Source: Candidatus Nomurabacteria bacterium
Lineage (GTDB): Bacteria; Patescibacteriota; Minisyncoccia; Phycocordibacterales; Phycocordibacteraceae
Direction: 5' to 3'
NCBI GenBank assembly: GCA_943353835.1
Contig: CALRBA010000001.1
Coordinates: 17,497 to 81,496, forward strand
DNA length: 64,000 bases
Shown: positions 48,049-58,617 of the stretch, piece by piece
How positions within the stretch are numbered: position 1 is the stretch's first letter
Layout: each line of letters starts with the position of its first letter
Program-made: the position numbers and the translations under genes
Notes under the pieces: model-generated
Told to the model about the DNA's origin: nothing
Database searches by the model: none
What the model saw: the letters and a program-made list of their open reading frames with translations, nothing else

Positions 48049-48480
48049 ATGGATGAAAATAAAATTGTAGAAGCAGAAGTTCCAACCAAAAACGAAGTTG
48101 AGATGGAAGTACCGAGCAAGTTCAAAAAACTTGTTGAAGAAGTAGAAACAATGACCGTCATTGAGCTCTCCGAGCTCGTGAAGGTTTTGGAAAAGAAGTT
48201 CGGAGTGAGCGCCTCCGCAGTCGCTGTCGCTGGTCCTGCCTCGGCAGGAGCTGCTGAAGAGGAAGTGAAATCAACAGCCGATGTTGAACTAACCGAAGTC
48301 GGTGCTAGCAAGATTGCCGTTATCAAGGCGGTAAAGGAGGCTCTCGGTCTCGGTCTTAAGGAAGCGAAGGATCTCGTAGATGGAGCCCCATCTATGTTGA
48401 AACAAGGAATGAAGAAAGAAGATGCGGCCGAGCTCGCCAAGAAGCTCACGGACGCCGGTGCGAAAGTCACTTTGAAGTAA
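48049..48480 (+). CDS. rplL: 50S ribosomal protein L7/L12
   Basis: Ala-rich hinge and C-terminal domain [27 protein letters not shown]. Confidence 0.9.
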   Translation: MDENKIVEAEVPTKNEVEMEVPSKFKKLVEEVETMTVIELSELVKVLEKKFGVSASAVAVAGPASAGAAEEEVKSTADVELTEVGASKIAVIKAVKEALGLGLKEAKDLVDGAPSMLKQGMKKEDAAELAKKLTDAGAKVTLK

Positions 48481-48493
48481 TACGCTCACAGAA

Positions 48494-48530
48494 ACCGCGT
48501 CCCGCCAGAGGTGGGACGCGGTTTTGCGTT
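48494..48530 (+). terminator. Intrinsic terminator (ccgcgtcccgccagaggtgggacgcgg + ttttgcgtttt)
   Basis: Same hairpin family as 16762-16800. Confidence 0.55.
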
Positions 48531-48561
48531 TTATCGCCCGACACATTACACTACCGACATT

Positions 48562-49170
48562 ATGGAACCCGCTTCGACTCGTCGTAATTCGTTTCAGCGA
48601 GGCGAGCCTCTCGCGAAAATCTTCGGCTCTCCAGCCCGTTTGAAAACAATCCGTTTTTTCGTATTCAACAAGAGTCAAACATTTACTCTCACCGAGATTG
48701 CACAGAAGACAAAACTCTCTAACGATGTAGCACACAGGGAACTCTCCGACCTTATTTCATCAGACCTTGTGCGGAAGAAGGGAACAGGTGTTCCTGTCCA
48801 CTATCAGACGAACCATAATTTTGAACATCTGGACGCTCTGGACTTATTCATTCGCGATACGACCAATGTGCGACCGAAGAGCTTGATAACTTCTCTGCGC
48901 CGAGCGGGAGTACTACGATTAGTCGTTTTATCAGGATTCTTCATGGGAGTACTTGAATCGCAGATTGACCTGCTTGTTGTAGGGGACCGTCTTGAAGAAA
49001 AAGTTCTCGCTGCTGTCGTGCGTTCTCTAGAAGCCGAGTTGGGACGTGAGATTCGCTATGCTTCTTTCATAACGGAGGACTTCCGCTATCGTCTGGGCGT
49101 ATACGACCGCCTTTTAAGGGATGTTTTTGACTATCCACACCGTCTTCTTGTGGATAAAATAGGGATTTAA
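48562..49170 (+). CDS. Hypothetical wHTH protein with a C-terminal minimal-nucleotidyltransferase-like segment
   Basis: N-terminal ArsR-like wHTH (FTLTEIAQKTKLSNDVAHRELSDL); C-terminal GS..D.D-like VLSGFFMGVLESQIDLLVVGD. Confidence 0.4.
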   Translation: MEPASTRRNSFQRGEPLAKIFGSPARLKTIRFFVFNKSQTFTLTEIAQKTKLSNDVAHRELSDLISSDLVRKKGTGVPVHYQTNHNFEHLDALDLFIRDTTNVRPKSLITSLRRAGVLRLVVLSGFFMGVLESQIDLLVVGDRLEEKVLAAVVRSLEAELGREIRYASFITEDFRYRLGVYDRLLRDVFDYPHRLLVDKIGI

Positions 49171-49273
49171 AAATGATACACTTATAGGCAGATGCTCCGC
49201 ATGTCCCGCATCGGGACGTCCGAAGGGACGCATGCGAGAGCAAATTAATCACATAAACAAAGCGTTATTCACT

Positions 49274-49957
49274 ATGGTATTCACTACTTGGGCGGATGTG
49301 CTTAGCCAATCTTTTCAGAACTTGTTCTACGGTTTGGTCGCATTCATCCCGAATCTGGTTGTAGCAGTCGTTATATTTATCGTCGGCTGGCTCGTAGGAG
49401 TCGGTCTCGGTCGTGTTGTCAAGCAGGTAGTAGACGCTCTTCGTGTTGACAATGCTCTTCGGTCAACAGGCATCGAGCGACTGCTCTCTCGCTCCGGCTT
49501 TGAGCTCTCATCCGGCAAGTTCCTAGGCTTTCTCGTTGAATGGTTCTTCATTATCGTCTTCTTGAAAGCGTCTCTGGACGTACTCGGCCTGACGAAAGTG
49601 AATCTCTTCATTAGCGAGGTTGTTCTCGGATACCTCCCGCAAGTGATTGTCGCAGTTCTCATCCTGCTCGTCGCGGCAGTTGTCGCAGAGGCGGCAGAAC
49701 GCGTTGTTGTTGGCTCGGCAAAAGCGGCATCTCTGCGCGCAGCCGGATTCATCGGCAAGGTGACACGATATTCAATCTGGATATTCGCGCTTCTCGCGGC
49801 ACTCGCACAGCTAAATGTGGCTACGGCGTTTGTACAGACGCTCTTCACGGGCGTTGTCATCGCTGTGTCGCTCGCGATAGGACTCTCCTTCGGTCTCGGT
49901 GGTCAATCGTCAGCGGCTCGCTATCTGGACAAACTTCAATCAGAAATCAGGGATTAA
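49274..49957 (+). CDS. Polytopic membrane protein with three internally repeated TM-helix modules (MscS N-terminal 'TM helix'-like)
   Basis: Repeats of the type hydrophobic helix + ...GLG/AA...L; start chosen at the internal ATG. Confidence 0.4.
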   Translation: MVFTTWADVLSQSFQNLFYGLVAFIPNLVVAVVIFIVGWLVGVGLGRVVKQVVDALRVDNALRSTGIERLLSRSGFELSSGKFLGFLVEWFFIIVFLKASLDVLGLTKVNLFISEVVLGYLPQVIVAVLILLVAAVVAEAAERVVVGSAKAASLRAAGFIGKVTRYSIWIFALLAALAQLNVATAFVQTLFTGVVIAVSLAIGLSFGLGGQSSAARYLDKLQSEIRD

Positions 49958-49971
49958 TGGAATATTCTCGA

Positions 49972-50008
49972 AAAACCGCCCCGCTCTCGCGGGGCGGTTT
50001 TCGTTTAC
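49972..50008 (+). terminator. Intrinsic terminator (aaaaccgcccc..ggggcggttttcgttt)
   Basis: Arms identical to the hairpin at 51056-51090. Confidence 0.55.
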
Positions 50009-50145
50009 AGGCATTTATCATCTCCTTAAGTATGACCGGTCGGTCAAAGATAAGAATATTTACAGATGACCCATTTTGCTCTGCGCACTACAGGCACTTG
50101 CGTATCTTCTACAGGGGGGTAAAATCGGGGCATTAGAAATTTACT

Positions 50146-50730
50146 TTGAATATGTTCGAAAAATCCACAGCAAAAAATAAAGATTCATTACCAAATTCAA
50201 GTAGCGAAAACACAGGCGAAGCTACATTGGCGATTCTCAAGTCACAAGCAGTGAATGTCGACGGGGTCTATTTTAAAGGAATAGCAAACAGAGAACGAAG
50301 GGATGGGAAGTTAGTTAATGGTTTGTCCGAAGTAAAGTACAACCCCCTTACGTGGAACGAAAATTCTGGAGTTATCATGTTCGCGGATAGTGAGGGAAAA
50401 CAGTTTGCTACACCGAGCAATAACAGGGTCCGAGAAATGCTTTTTAAAGATCAGGCGTTCAAACGTGCTGAGGGGATGGGTGTATTAAACCTGAGCGATG
50501 TAGAAGGAACTTGGGGCGACAAAGAAAATGCAGAAAACAACTCGACTTTTCGAGGATGGAGAGAGATTGCTCTTCAGAATCGAGCTGTTCAGGAACGTGA
50601 GTCGGCAGCAATGCGAGCGGAACAAGATGCAGCAACAGCCGCGTCCACTAAGGAGTTAGCCGACAGGGGAGAAGCGCAGAAACTTGCGGCCGAAATGCAG
50701 ACCAAATATGGCAGGGCTGATAAGCAGTAG
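50146..50730 (+). CDS. Hypothetical protein
   Basis: 194-aa ORF with a coiled/charged C-terminus; no recognisable motif. Confidence 0.35.
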   Translation: MNMFEKSTAKNKDSLPNSSSENTGEATLAILKSQAVNVDGVYFKGIANRERRDGKLVNGLSEVKYNPLTWNENSGVIMFADSEGKQFATPSNNRVREMLFKDQAFKRAEGMGVLNLSDVEGTWGDKENAENNSTFRGWREIALQNRAVQERESAAMRAEQDAATAASTKELADRGEAQKLAAEMQTKYGRADKQ

Positions 50731-50946
50731 CATTTGTTTAATAGTAAGTTTTATAAACTAAAATAGTAAAATAATGCAAATTTATGCCGATCTTGAAGTG
50801 GAAGAAGGGGAAAAGAGTGAGAAAAATAATGATGGGCCAACTCCAAAAGATCCAGAAACGGAACAGCACCAAGGAGATGAACCAGATTCAGAAGAAACGC
50901 AATTAGCGTAAAACCGTTTAAAGAGCAAATGATGGCATACAAGCTT

Positions 50947-50975
50947 GTTGACAGGGATTTGCGCCTACCCTATAC
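50947..50975 (+). promoter_or_regulatory. Near-consensus sigma-70 promoter (TTGACA-17 nt-TATACT) upstream of 23S rRNA
   Basis: ttgacagggatttgcgcctaccctatact. Confidence 0.6.
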
Positions 50976-51055
50976 TCCCTCTACGTGTCTACGAACCGAA
51001 AAACTTACTTTTTAGGAGCGGATAGGCCGTAAGGCCTCGGGTGCACAGAGCACAC

Positions 51056-51090
51056 GAAAACCGCCCCTTGGGGCGGTTTTCGTTTCGGAT
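51056..51090 (+). terminator. Intrinsic-terminator-like hairpin between the promoter and 23S (attenuator or sRNA 3' end)
   Basis: cgaaaaccgcccc tt ggggcggttttcgttt. Confidence 0.45.
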
Positions 51091-51778
51091 GATGACACTG
51101 ATTTTTGACATACGAATATGCATTGGTGAATCGCCCCTGAAAAGGCGATTCATGCCCGCGGCTTGCCGCGGGCGAATTGAAATTAAAGTGTGAATAAAAG
51201 AATGTGCTATGTAGGTCTCCGTACGAGAGACATAAGAGTACACGGTGGATGCCTTGGCCTAGGACGGCTATGAAGGACGCGACTAACCTGCGAAAAGCTT
51301 CGGGGAGGCGGTTTGTAGCCTTTGATCCGGAGATATCCGAATGGGGAAACCCTACAGTTTTGAACTGTAATCTACGAGGTAACTCTTGTATGATGCGAAC
51401 CCTGGGAAGTGAAACATCTCAGTACCAGGAGGAAAAGAGAACAATAGGTGTTGCGTTCCGTCGGCGCGTATGTTCGTGCTGATGGAACGCAACACTCGTG
51501 ATACCCTAAGTAGCGGCGAGCGAAAAGGGAAAAGCCCAAACCGTTTTCTTCGGAAAGCGGGGTTGTAAGATGCGAACGTCCAATTTATTGGAAAAGAGTT
51601 ACAAAATGTCTATATAACAGAAGCTGCTGGGAAGCAGCGCCCCAGAGGGTAATGGCCCCGTATGTGAAATATATGACGACTCTTGTTTGTATTCTTGAGT
51701 AGCTCCAGACACGAATAGCTGGAGTGAATCTGCCGGAACTAACCGGTAAGGCTAAATACGTCCTATGACCGATAGTGA

Positions 51779-51812
<34 letters not shown>

Positions 51813-52382
51813 GAGAGGGGAGTGAAATAGACCTGAAACCGTGTACTTACAAGGGGTCGGAGCGGAATTTATTCCGTGACGGCATGCCTATTGAAGAATG
51901 AGCCGGCGAGTGTATATATCTTGCGTAGCTAAGCCCTTCCGGGGCGGAGCTTAAGGGAAACCGAGCGTGAATAGCGCATTAGTAGGATATATACGACCCG
52001 AAGCCAGATGAGCTTGCCATGAGCAGGGTGAAGTTTGTCGAAAGACAGATGGAGGCCCGAACCCGTAGGTCGTACAACGCCTTGGGATGACTTGTGGTAA
52101 GGAGTGAAAAGCTAATCGAATCTGGGAATAGCTGGTTCTCTCCGAAACAGCTTTTGGGCTGGCGTTGCCATAACGTGCGTGTGGGGGTAGAGCACTGGAA
52201 GGGACCAACAGGGAGAAATCTCGTGGTTCCTATCAAACTCCGAATACCATACGCTCCGGGCAGCAGTTAGAAGGTGGGGGCGAAGCTCCATCGATCGAGA
52301 GGGGAAGAGCCCTGATCGCCAATTAAGGCCCCAAAATCGACGCTCAGTACATCACAAGGAAGTGAGGACTCATTGACAGTGA

Positions 52383-52414
<32 letters not shown>

Positions 52415-53826
52415 GAAAGCGTAACAGCTCACTCATCGAGAGTCCTTGCGCCGAAGATGATCGGGGTTAAGCGTCGTGCCGAAATTGCGGGTGTGCGATT
52501 TTTTAGAAAGTCGTACGCGGTAGGAGAGCGTTGTGTTCGCACTGAAGCTTAAGGGGTAACCCAAGGTGGAGCGTACACAAGTGAGAATGCCGGTACAAGT
52601 AACCACAATGCGGGTGAGAACCCCGCACGTCGAAAGACCAAGGTTTCCTCAGCTATGGTGATCAACTGAGGGTTAGTCGGGCCTAAGGGGATGGCGAGAG
52701 CCGCACCCGATGGACACACGGTTAATATTCCGTGACCGTTTATAAAGGCAATGGAGTGACGAACTGCTGTATGTGTTGCCCATTATTGGATTTGGGTCTG
52801 CGCAGTGAGGGCGTGTATTAGGTAAATCCGGTACACATTACCCCAAGCTGTGACGCAATTTCCTTCTACGGAGGGAGAGAGAGTGCAAAGCGCGGTTTCA
52901 AGAAAATCTTCTACGCATCAACTTTATAGACGACCGTACCGCAAACCGACACAGGTGGTCAGCTCGAGTAGAGTAAGACGAACGAGTAAGATGTCCTCAA
53001 GGAACTCGGCAAACAAGCGGCCGTAAGTTAGCGATAAGGCCTGCCCCTTTCTCGCAAGAGAGAGGGGCCGCAGTGAAAGTTTTCCTGGCAACTGTTTACC
53101 AAAAACACAGCTCCCTGCAAACTCGTAAGAGGAAGTATAGGGGGTGACACCTGACCAATGCCGGAAGGTCAACCATGGTGGGTACACATACTTCGGTGTG
53201 TGTGCTGGACTATGTAAGCCCCGGTGAATGTCGGCGATAACTATAATCGTCCTAAGGTAGCGTAATTCCTTGTCGGGTAAGTTCCGACGTGCACGAATGG
53301 TGTAATGACTGGGAAACTGTCTCGAGGACTCGCTCGGTGAAAATGCACTTCCGGTGAAGATGCCGGATACCTGTAGTTAGACGAAAAGACCCCAGGAGCT
53401 TTACTACAGCTTCGTATTGGCGTTACGTGCTGCATGCGTAGTATAGAGGTCAGACTTTGAAGCATCGGTTTCGGCTGGTGTGGAGTCAACAATGAAATAG
53501 CCTTCTTGCTGTGTGTAACGTCTAACCCCGTTGGGATCCAACGGGGGACCGTGCGTGGCGGGTAGTTTTGGTGGGGCGCTATCCTCCTAAAAAGTAACGG
53601 AGGAGTCTATTAAGGTTCTCTAGGCGCGAATGGAAACCGTGCCGATAGTGTAATGGCATAAGAGAGCTTAACTGCAAGGGGTACATCCCAAGCAGATGCG
53701 AAAGCAGAGCATAGTGAACCGATGGTACGCCTTAGATGCGGCCAGAGATTAACGGATATAAGTTACCCTGGGGATAACAGGCTAGTTCCGCCCAAGCGTC
53801 CTTAGCGACGGCGGAGTTCGGCACCT

Positions 53827-54650
53827 TAACGAATCGGGGTGCCATGCGAGTAATCGCATGAGTCTGGCTGGTACGGTTGGCTCTCGCGCCAACCGCCAGT
53901 GTGCAAAATATGGCTTATAACGGTGAAATCCATTGTAAAATGGACAATACCGTGGGAAGTCTAACGCAATTACAGCGATCAATAATTATCGGAACCATTC
54001 TTGGTGACGGATATTTACGGATCATTTCAGGAAAGAAAAATGCACTTCTCGAAATCAATCACTCTTTCTCACAGAAAGACTATGTTGATTGGAAATACAA
54101 AATGTTAGAAACATTATGTAAGAGTGCGCCAAAGGCTCGCAAAAGTAACGGGACGCGAATAGCGTATCGCTTTACGACGAGACAACATCCTGAAATGACA
54201 AAGCTCTATACACGCTTCTATGGAGAAGGTAAAAAGAGTATTCCAAAGTATTTAGCACTGAATCCGATAATGCTGGCTGTATGGTTCATGGATGATGGAA
54301 GTCGGTGTCGAGCATCTGACGTGTATCTCAATACACAACAGTTTACTCGTACAGATCAAGAGAAGTTGAGAGCGATGCTTTCTTCTCTCGGTATCGAGAG
54401 TAGTCTGAATAAAGATAAAGAATATTCAAGAATTCGAATCAAAAAATCTTCAATATCGAATTTCTTTCAGATAATTTCTCCGTACGTGGTTCCATCAATG
54501 ACATACAAGATTGGGTTATGACCCCGTAGAGACTTGTTCTTAACTGAACAGAGCCGCCAATTGGCGGCTAACACGCCATCTCCTTTTGTGTGATCGAAAG
54601 GATGAAGATATAGTCCGATCCTTCCAGTAATGGAAGAGTAATTTCGACAG
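53827..54650 (+). mobile_element. Group I intron 1 in 23S (inserted between GGCACCT and CGATGTCGGCTC) carrying a LAGLIDADG homing-endonuclease ORF
   Basis: Exon continuity is restored by removing 53827-54650. The intron ends in G, and its P9-like 3' region is similar to that of intron 2. Confidence 0.7.
53877..54521 (+). CDS. LAGLIDADG homing endonuclease (double-motif)
   Basis: [11 protein letters not shown] and [10 protein letters not shown] motifs; start codon uncertain (M at 53877, 53910 or 53940). Confidence 0.8.
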   Translation: MALAPTASVQNMAYNGEIHCKMDNTVGSLTQLQRSIIIGTILGDGYLRIISGKKNALLEINHSFSQKDYVDWKYKMLETLCKSAPKARKSNGTRIAYRFTTRQHPEMTKLYTRFYGEGKKSIPKYLALNPIMLAVWFMDDGSRCRASDVYLNTQQFTRTDQEKLRAMLSSLGIESSLNKDKEYSRIRIKKSSISNFFQIISPYVVPSMTYKIGL

Positions 54651-54743
54651 CGATGTCGGCTCACCATAGCGCGGGGGTGGAGAAGCTCCCAAGCGTTTGG
54701 CTGTTCGCCAATTAAAATGGTACGCGAGCTGGGTTCAAACCGT

Positions 54744-55082
54744 GCAGAACGTCATAGCAAGGCCTCGCCTTGCTATGGTAGATTGCACGGTTTGAACCCA
54801 CGAGGAATTGTTAGGTGCGTGGAGACGCACTGTGCGAAGACATACTTACGGCGGTCGCGCGCAGGAATGCACGCGAAGAAATCAACTTATATCGGTGAAA
54901 TCCAATCGCGTTGTGTACGCGAGGACAACACCGAGGGAAGAGTGGAGTCAGTGTTCGCTTGGCCGAGATTATTCGGCATAAGTGTTCGCTTCGCTCCCTT
55001 ACCCCTAGAGACTGAATGTTGATCAGCGAGAACCGCTGAAGTTACAGTCCGATCCTCCGAGTAATCGGAGTAAACGTAGATG
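54744..55082 (+). mobile_element. Group I intron 2 in 23S (ORF-less) at the GGGTTCAAACCGT|CGTGAGACAG site (I-CreI-type site region)
   Basis: The internal guide acggtttgaaccc pairs with the 5' exon end. The intron ends in G, and removing it restores the conserved 23S sequence. Confidence 0.6.
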
Positions 55083-55520
55083 CGTGAGACAGGTTGGTCT
55101 CCTATCTACTACAGGCGTTGATTCTTGAGGAGGGTCGTCCCTAGTACGAGAGGACCGGGATGAACTGACCTCTGGTCTACCAGCTGTCCTGCCAAGGGCA
55201 CCGCTGGGTAGCTATGTCGGGTTGCGATAACCGCTGAAAGCATATAAGCGGGAAACGTGCTCCAAGATTAGGAATCGTTATGAGACTCGTGAGAGATTAT
55301 CACGTTGATAGGCTCTAGGTGGAAGTGCCGTAAGGCATGGAGCCGAGGAGTACTAATATGTCCAGTCTCTCGTGCGGAACTCTGTATAGCACTTCATTTT
55401 GTTTTCACTTTGTTTTAAATACCAATGCACGTGCCCTGCGTAGCTTCAGCGAAGCAGGGTATTCGTATACCGACACCGTGCCCTTCGTAGCTTTATGCGA
55501 AGTAGGGCTTCGAGTGTTCG

Positions 55521-55638
55521 GTTCTGGTGGTTTGGCGGGAGGGTCATACCCGTTCTCATTCCGAACACGGCAGTCAAGCCTCCTAGCGGCGATGGTACTC
55601 ATCGTTTCAGATGGGGAGAGTAGCTAACCGCCAGAACC
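55521..55638 (+). rRNA. rrf: 5S ribosomal RNA
   Basis: CCGAACACGGCAGTCAAGCC...GGGAGAGTAGC conserved 5S helices, ~150 nt after 23S. Confidence 0.8.
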
Positions 55639-55697
55639 GAGCATTTGAAGCAAATGCCACGCAGGCATCCTGCGCGGCGTTTTGTTATACTATCGGC

Positions 55698-56462
55698 ATG
55701 AGTTGGGCCGCACGGAGGAGGTTTATTATTCTGCTGATTGTCGGCGCGGTTTTTGTTGCGTTTCTGACGACGGTAGGTATTGCGACTTTTTATAAAGCGC
55801 CGTCGTGTTCTGACGGTAAACAGAATCAGAACGAAACCGGCGTAGATTGCGGGGGAGCGTGCCAATACCTATGTATTGAACAGCAATATCCGCCGACAGT
55901 ATTATTTACAAAAGCGATTAAAAACGGCGAAGGGCGCGTTGACGTAATTGCAAAAGTAGAAAATAAAAACGCAGATGCGGCCGCAAAAAACGTTCGGTAT
56001 AAAATTACACTCTACGGCTCCGACCAGTCTCTTATTCAGGAAATGACCGGAATTCTTGACTTGCCACCAAGTGCGAGCGTTCCTGTATTCGTACCAAACA
56101 TACCGTCTGGTAAACAGACCATAGTAAACGCCTTTCTTGATATAAATCAGTCTTCACTGCAATGGTTTTCTATGTCGTCTAATACCAGCATTGTGCCGAC
56201 TGTCTCTAATGTAAAACAAATTGGAACAACATCGGCACCGCGCATTGAAGCTATTCTCACGAATACAAGCGTTTCTACTCTCACTAACGTGAAGGCGATT
56301 GTTCTGGTGCGTAACGATAAAGGAGACGTTATTGCCACATCATCCACAATTATTCCTACGATACCGGCACAAGGCAGGGCGACCGCCACGTTTACTTGGA
56401 ATAGTGAGTTTCCAGAAGTACCTGCTTCTATAGAAGTTGTGCCGATTGTTCCACTTCTCTAA
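55698..56462 (+). CDS. Membrane-anchored extracytoplasmic hypothetical protein upstream of ftsW/rodA
   Basis: N-terminal TM helix and a CxxxxxxGxDCGGxC motif. Confidence 0.4.
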   Translation: MSWAARRRFIILLIVGAVFVAFLTTVGIATFYKAPSCSDGKQNQNETGVDCGGACQYLCIEQQYPPTVLFTKAIKNGEGRVDVIAKVENKNADAAAKNVRYKITLYGSDQSLIQEMTGILDLPPSASVPVFVPNIPSGKQTIVNAFLDINQSSLQWFSMSSNTSIVPTVSNVKQIGTTSAPRIEAILTNTSVSTLTNVKAIVLVRNDKGDVIATSSTIIPTIPAQGRATATFTWNSEFPEVPASIEVVPIVPLL

Positions 56463-56464
56463 TA

Positions 56465-57598
56465 ATGTTTTCCTTATTGCCGTTGCGTCCGCGTTTATTC
56501 ATTGATTGGACACTGCTTCTTCCTGCACTTACCATCTCACTTTTGGGTATTCTAACCATAAGCACATTCGGAGAGGGTGCGTCGTTCGCTCCGCGTCAGA
56601 TGCTCTGGCTCGCGATTTCATTATGTGTGTATCTTGGAATGTCAAAATTAGACATGAGTTTTATTCGCCGTACTCCAGTGGTGATGGCGATGTATGCACT
56701 CGCACTCGCACTTCTCGCGTCCCTTCTTTTATTTGCCGACCCCGTTCAGGGCGCACGTGCGTGGTTCTCGTTCGGACCAATATCTTTTCAACCGGCGGAT
56801 TTCGCCAAGCTCACTCTCATCGCACTTCTCGCGAAGTATCTGTCGCGACGACATGTAGAGATAGGAGATTTTCGCCACATCATTGTTTCAGGTATATATT
56901 CACTCGCTCTTATCCTTCTTATTCTAGTAGAACCGGACATGGGGAATGCAATTATACTCGGCACTATCTGGCTCGGTATGATGCTTGTCTCCGGTATTTC
57001 AAAAAAGCATCTCATCATACTTGGGCTTATCGGTCTCGTGGTGGCATCTCTCCTATGGTTTGAAGGTCTAAAGCCGTATCAGCGTACACGGATTATTTCT
57101 TTCGTTAATCCGGCAGCCGATATTCAAGGCTCCGGTTATAATGCGTATCAGGCCAAGATTGCGGTAGGTTCAGGAGAATTGTTCGGCAAAGGTATCGGCT
57201 ACGGTACTCAATCCAAACTGCGTTTCCTGCCAGAGTATCAGACCGATTTCATTTTCGCTGCGTTCGCGGAGGAGTGGGGTTTCATAGGTGTTGCACTACT
57301 GCTATCCATGTACGCACTTCTTTTCGCAAGACTCGCGCAGATCGCTAGAGAGTCGGCAACTAACTTTGACGCCTTCTTTACGCTCGGCGTGCTCATTCTC
57401 TTTGCATCACATGTTGCGATACATGCAGGAATCAATATCGGTCTTCTTCCCGTAACGGGAACCACGATACCTTTTATGAGTTCTGGAGGATCGCATCTCG
57501 TACTTGAATTTGCCGCACTCGGTATCGTCACCTCGCTTGCGCGCCACGGCAGAGCGACCGTACGCGATATAAGTGCGAACGAATACTTTGGCGGTTAA
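56465..57598 (+). CDS. FtsW/RodA/SpoVE-family peptidoglycan glycosyltransferase
   Basis: 10-TM SEDS layout with conserved C-terminal GGSHLVLEF-type segment. Confidence 0.85.
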   Translation: MFSLLPLRPRLFIDWTLLLPALTISLLGILTISTFGEGASFAPRQMLWLAISLCVYLGMSKLDMSFIRRTPVVMAMYALALALLASLLLFADPVQGARAWFSFGPISFQPADFAKLTLIALLAKYLSRRHVEIGDFRHIIVSGIYSLALILLILVEPDMGNAIILGTIWLGMMLVSGISKKHLIILGLIGLVVASLLWFEGLKPYQRTRIISFVNPAADIQGSGYNAYQAKIAVGSGELFGKGIGYGTQSKLRFLPEYQTDFIFAAFAEEWGFIGVALLLSMYALLFARLAQIARESATNFDAFFTLGVLILFASHVAIHAGINIGLLPVTGTTIPFMSSGGSHLVLEFAALGIVTSLARHGRATVRDISANEYFGG

Positions 57599-58572
57599 CC
57601 GTACAGATTCACAGTTTTCTTAACCATTTGCTCCAGAGAGAACCCGCTCATATTTTTAGCATCAAGAATCTCACCAACGCCACCAATACGATTAGCGAGG
57701 ATGGGAATACCCGCAAGCTTTGCCTCTAGAAGTACATATGGAAGACCTTCTTTTATGGAAGGTAGTGCGAATACGTCAAAACCCTTTAGAACATCTCTTG
57801 CGGGAATGAATCCAAATAACTTCACGCGGTCCCCAAGACTATATTTTCTTATTTTATCTTCTAGGTTTTGTTTCTTTTCACCCTCGCCAACTATTGCCAC
57901 ATACATGTCGTGATTATTTTTTGCCTCTTCAATAAGCGCTATCTGGTTTTTATTTTTATTCAGCTCGCCGATAGTGCCAGTGATAGTTACGCTATCTGGG
58001 AAAGCGTTGCGAATTTCTTCTCCTGAACCGAATTGCATGTCTAGGTCAATACCGTTGTAGACTCTGACAGTTTTTTGGCCGACAAAAGGCATTCGACTGG
58101 CGACACGCAGGTCATAATCGGAGATGCAAATGGTCGTGTGAGCCAAAAGCACTGTTGCCCATGAAGCAAACCAAATCGCGCTTCGCGCGGATATGTTTCT
58201 CTGTTCCCAAAACGGCCAGCCATGCGCCGTAAAAACTATTCTTTTAACGCCCGCGCATCGCGCCGCCAGCGCCCCGATACCTCCGGCTTTAGAACTGTTT
58301 AGATGTACGATGTCCGGTTTTTCCGAGCGAAACAGTCGTAGCAATTCAAAAAAGCTTTTTATATCTGCAGTTATTGAGACGTCTCGTTGCAGAGCCCGGA
58401 TTGGAAAAGTAGCGATGCCAACTCCATGCAGTTTTTTTGCGAGTAGTCCTTCCTGCCCGAACGCTACACCTACTTCAAACTCATCTTTTGGCAATGCCAT
58501 AGCGAGGTCGTAGACATACCGCTGGGCGCCGCCCCAGTTACTTTTTGTTATTACAAATAAGATTTTTTTCAT
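57595..58572 (-). CDS. Family 1 (GT4) glycosyltransferase
   Basis: MKKILFVITKSNWGGAQRYVYDL N-terminus and C-terminal E-x7-E-type region. Confidence 0.8.
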   Translation of the reverse strand: MKKILFVITKSNWGGAQRYVYDLAMALPKDEFEVGVAFGQEGLLAKKLHGVGIATFPIRALQRDVSITADIKSFFELLRLFRSEKPDIVHLNSSKAGGIGALAARCAGVKRIVFTAHGWPFWEQRNISARSAIWFASWATVLLAHTTICISDYDLRVASRMPFVGQKTVRVYNGIDLDMQFGSGEEIRNAFPDSVTITGTIGELNKNKNQIALIEEAKNNHDMYVAIVGEGEKKQNLEDKIRKYSLGDRVKLFGFIPARDVLKGFDVFALPSIKEGLPYVLLEAKLAGIPILANRIGGVGEILDAKNMSGFSLEQMVKKTVNLYG

Positions 58573-58617
58573 ACATGCAACTGTACAATACATTTTCACG
58601 TTATAGTATCCATACGT

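Noticed and set aside
50775-50909. 44-codon acidic ORF (MQIYADLEVEEGEKSEKNNDGPTPKDPETEQHQGDEPDSEETQLA) upstream of the rRNA promoter
   Set aside because: Short, low-complexity and without a convincing SD. Possibly real but unsupported.
51105-51135. Second TTGACA hexamer between the hairpin and 23S as a possible P2 promoter
   Set aside because: No acceptable -10 hexamer at 16-18 nt spacing (gaatcg/aatcgc), so I did not call it a promoter.
54717-55022. 101-aa ORF inside group I intron 2 of 23S
   Set aside because: It has no LAGLIDADG, GIY-YIG or HNH motifs. It starts within exon sequence and spans the intron P1/guide region. It is more likely a chance ORF in structured RNA.
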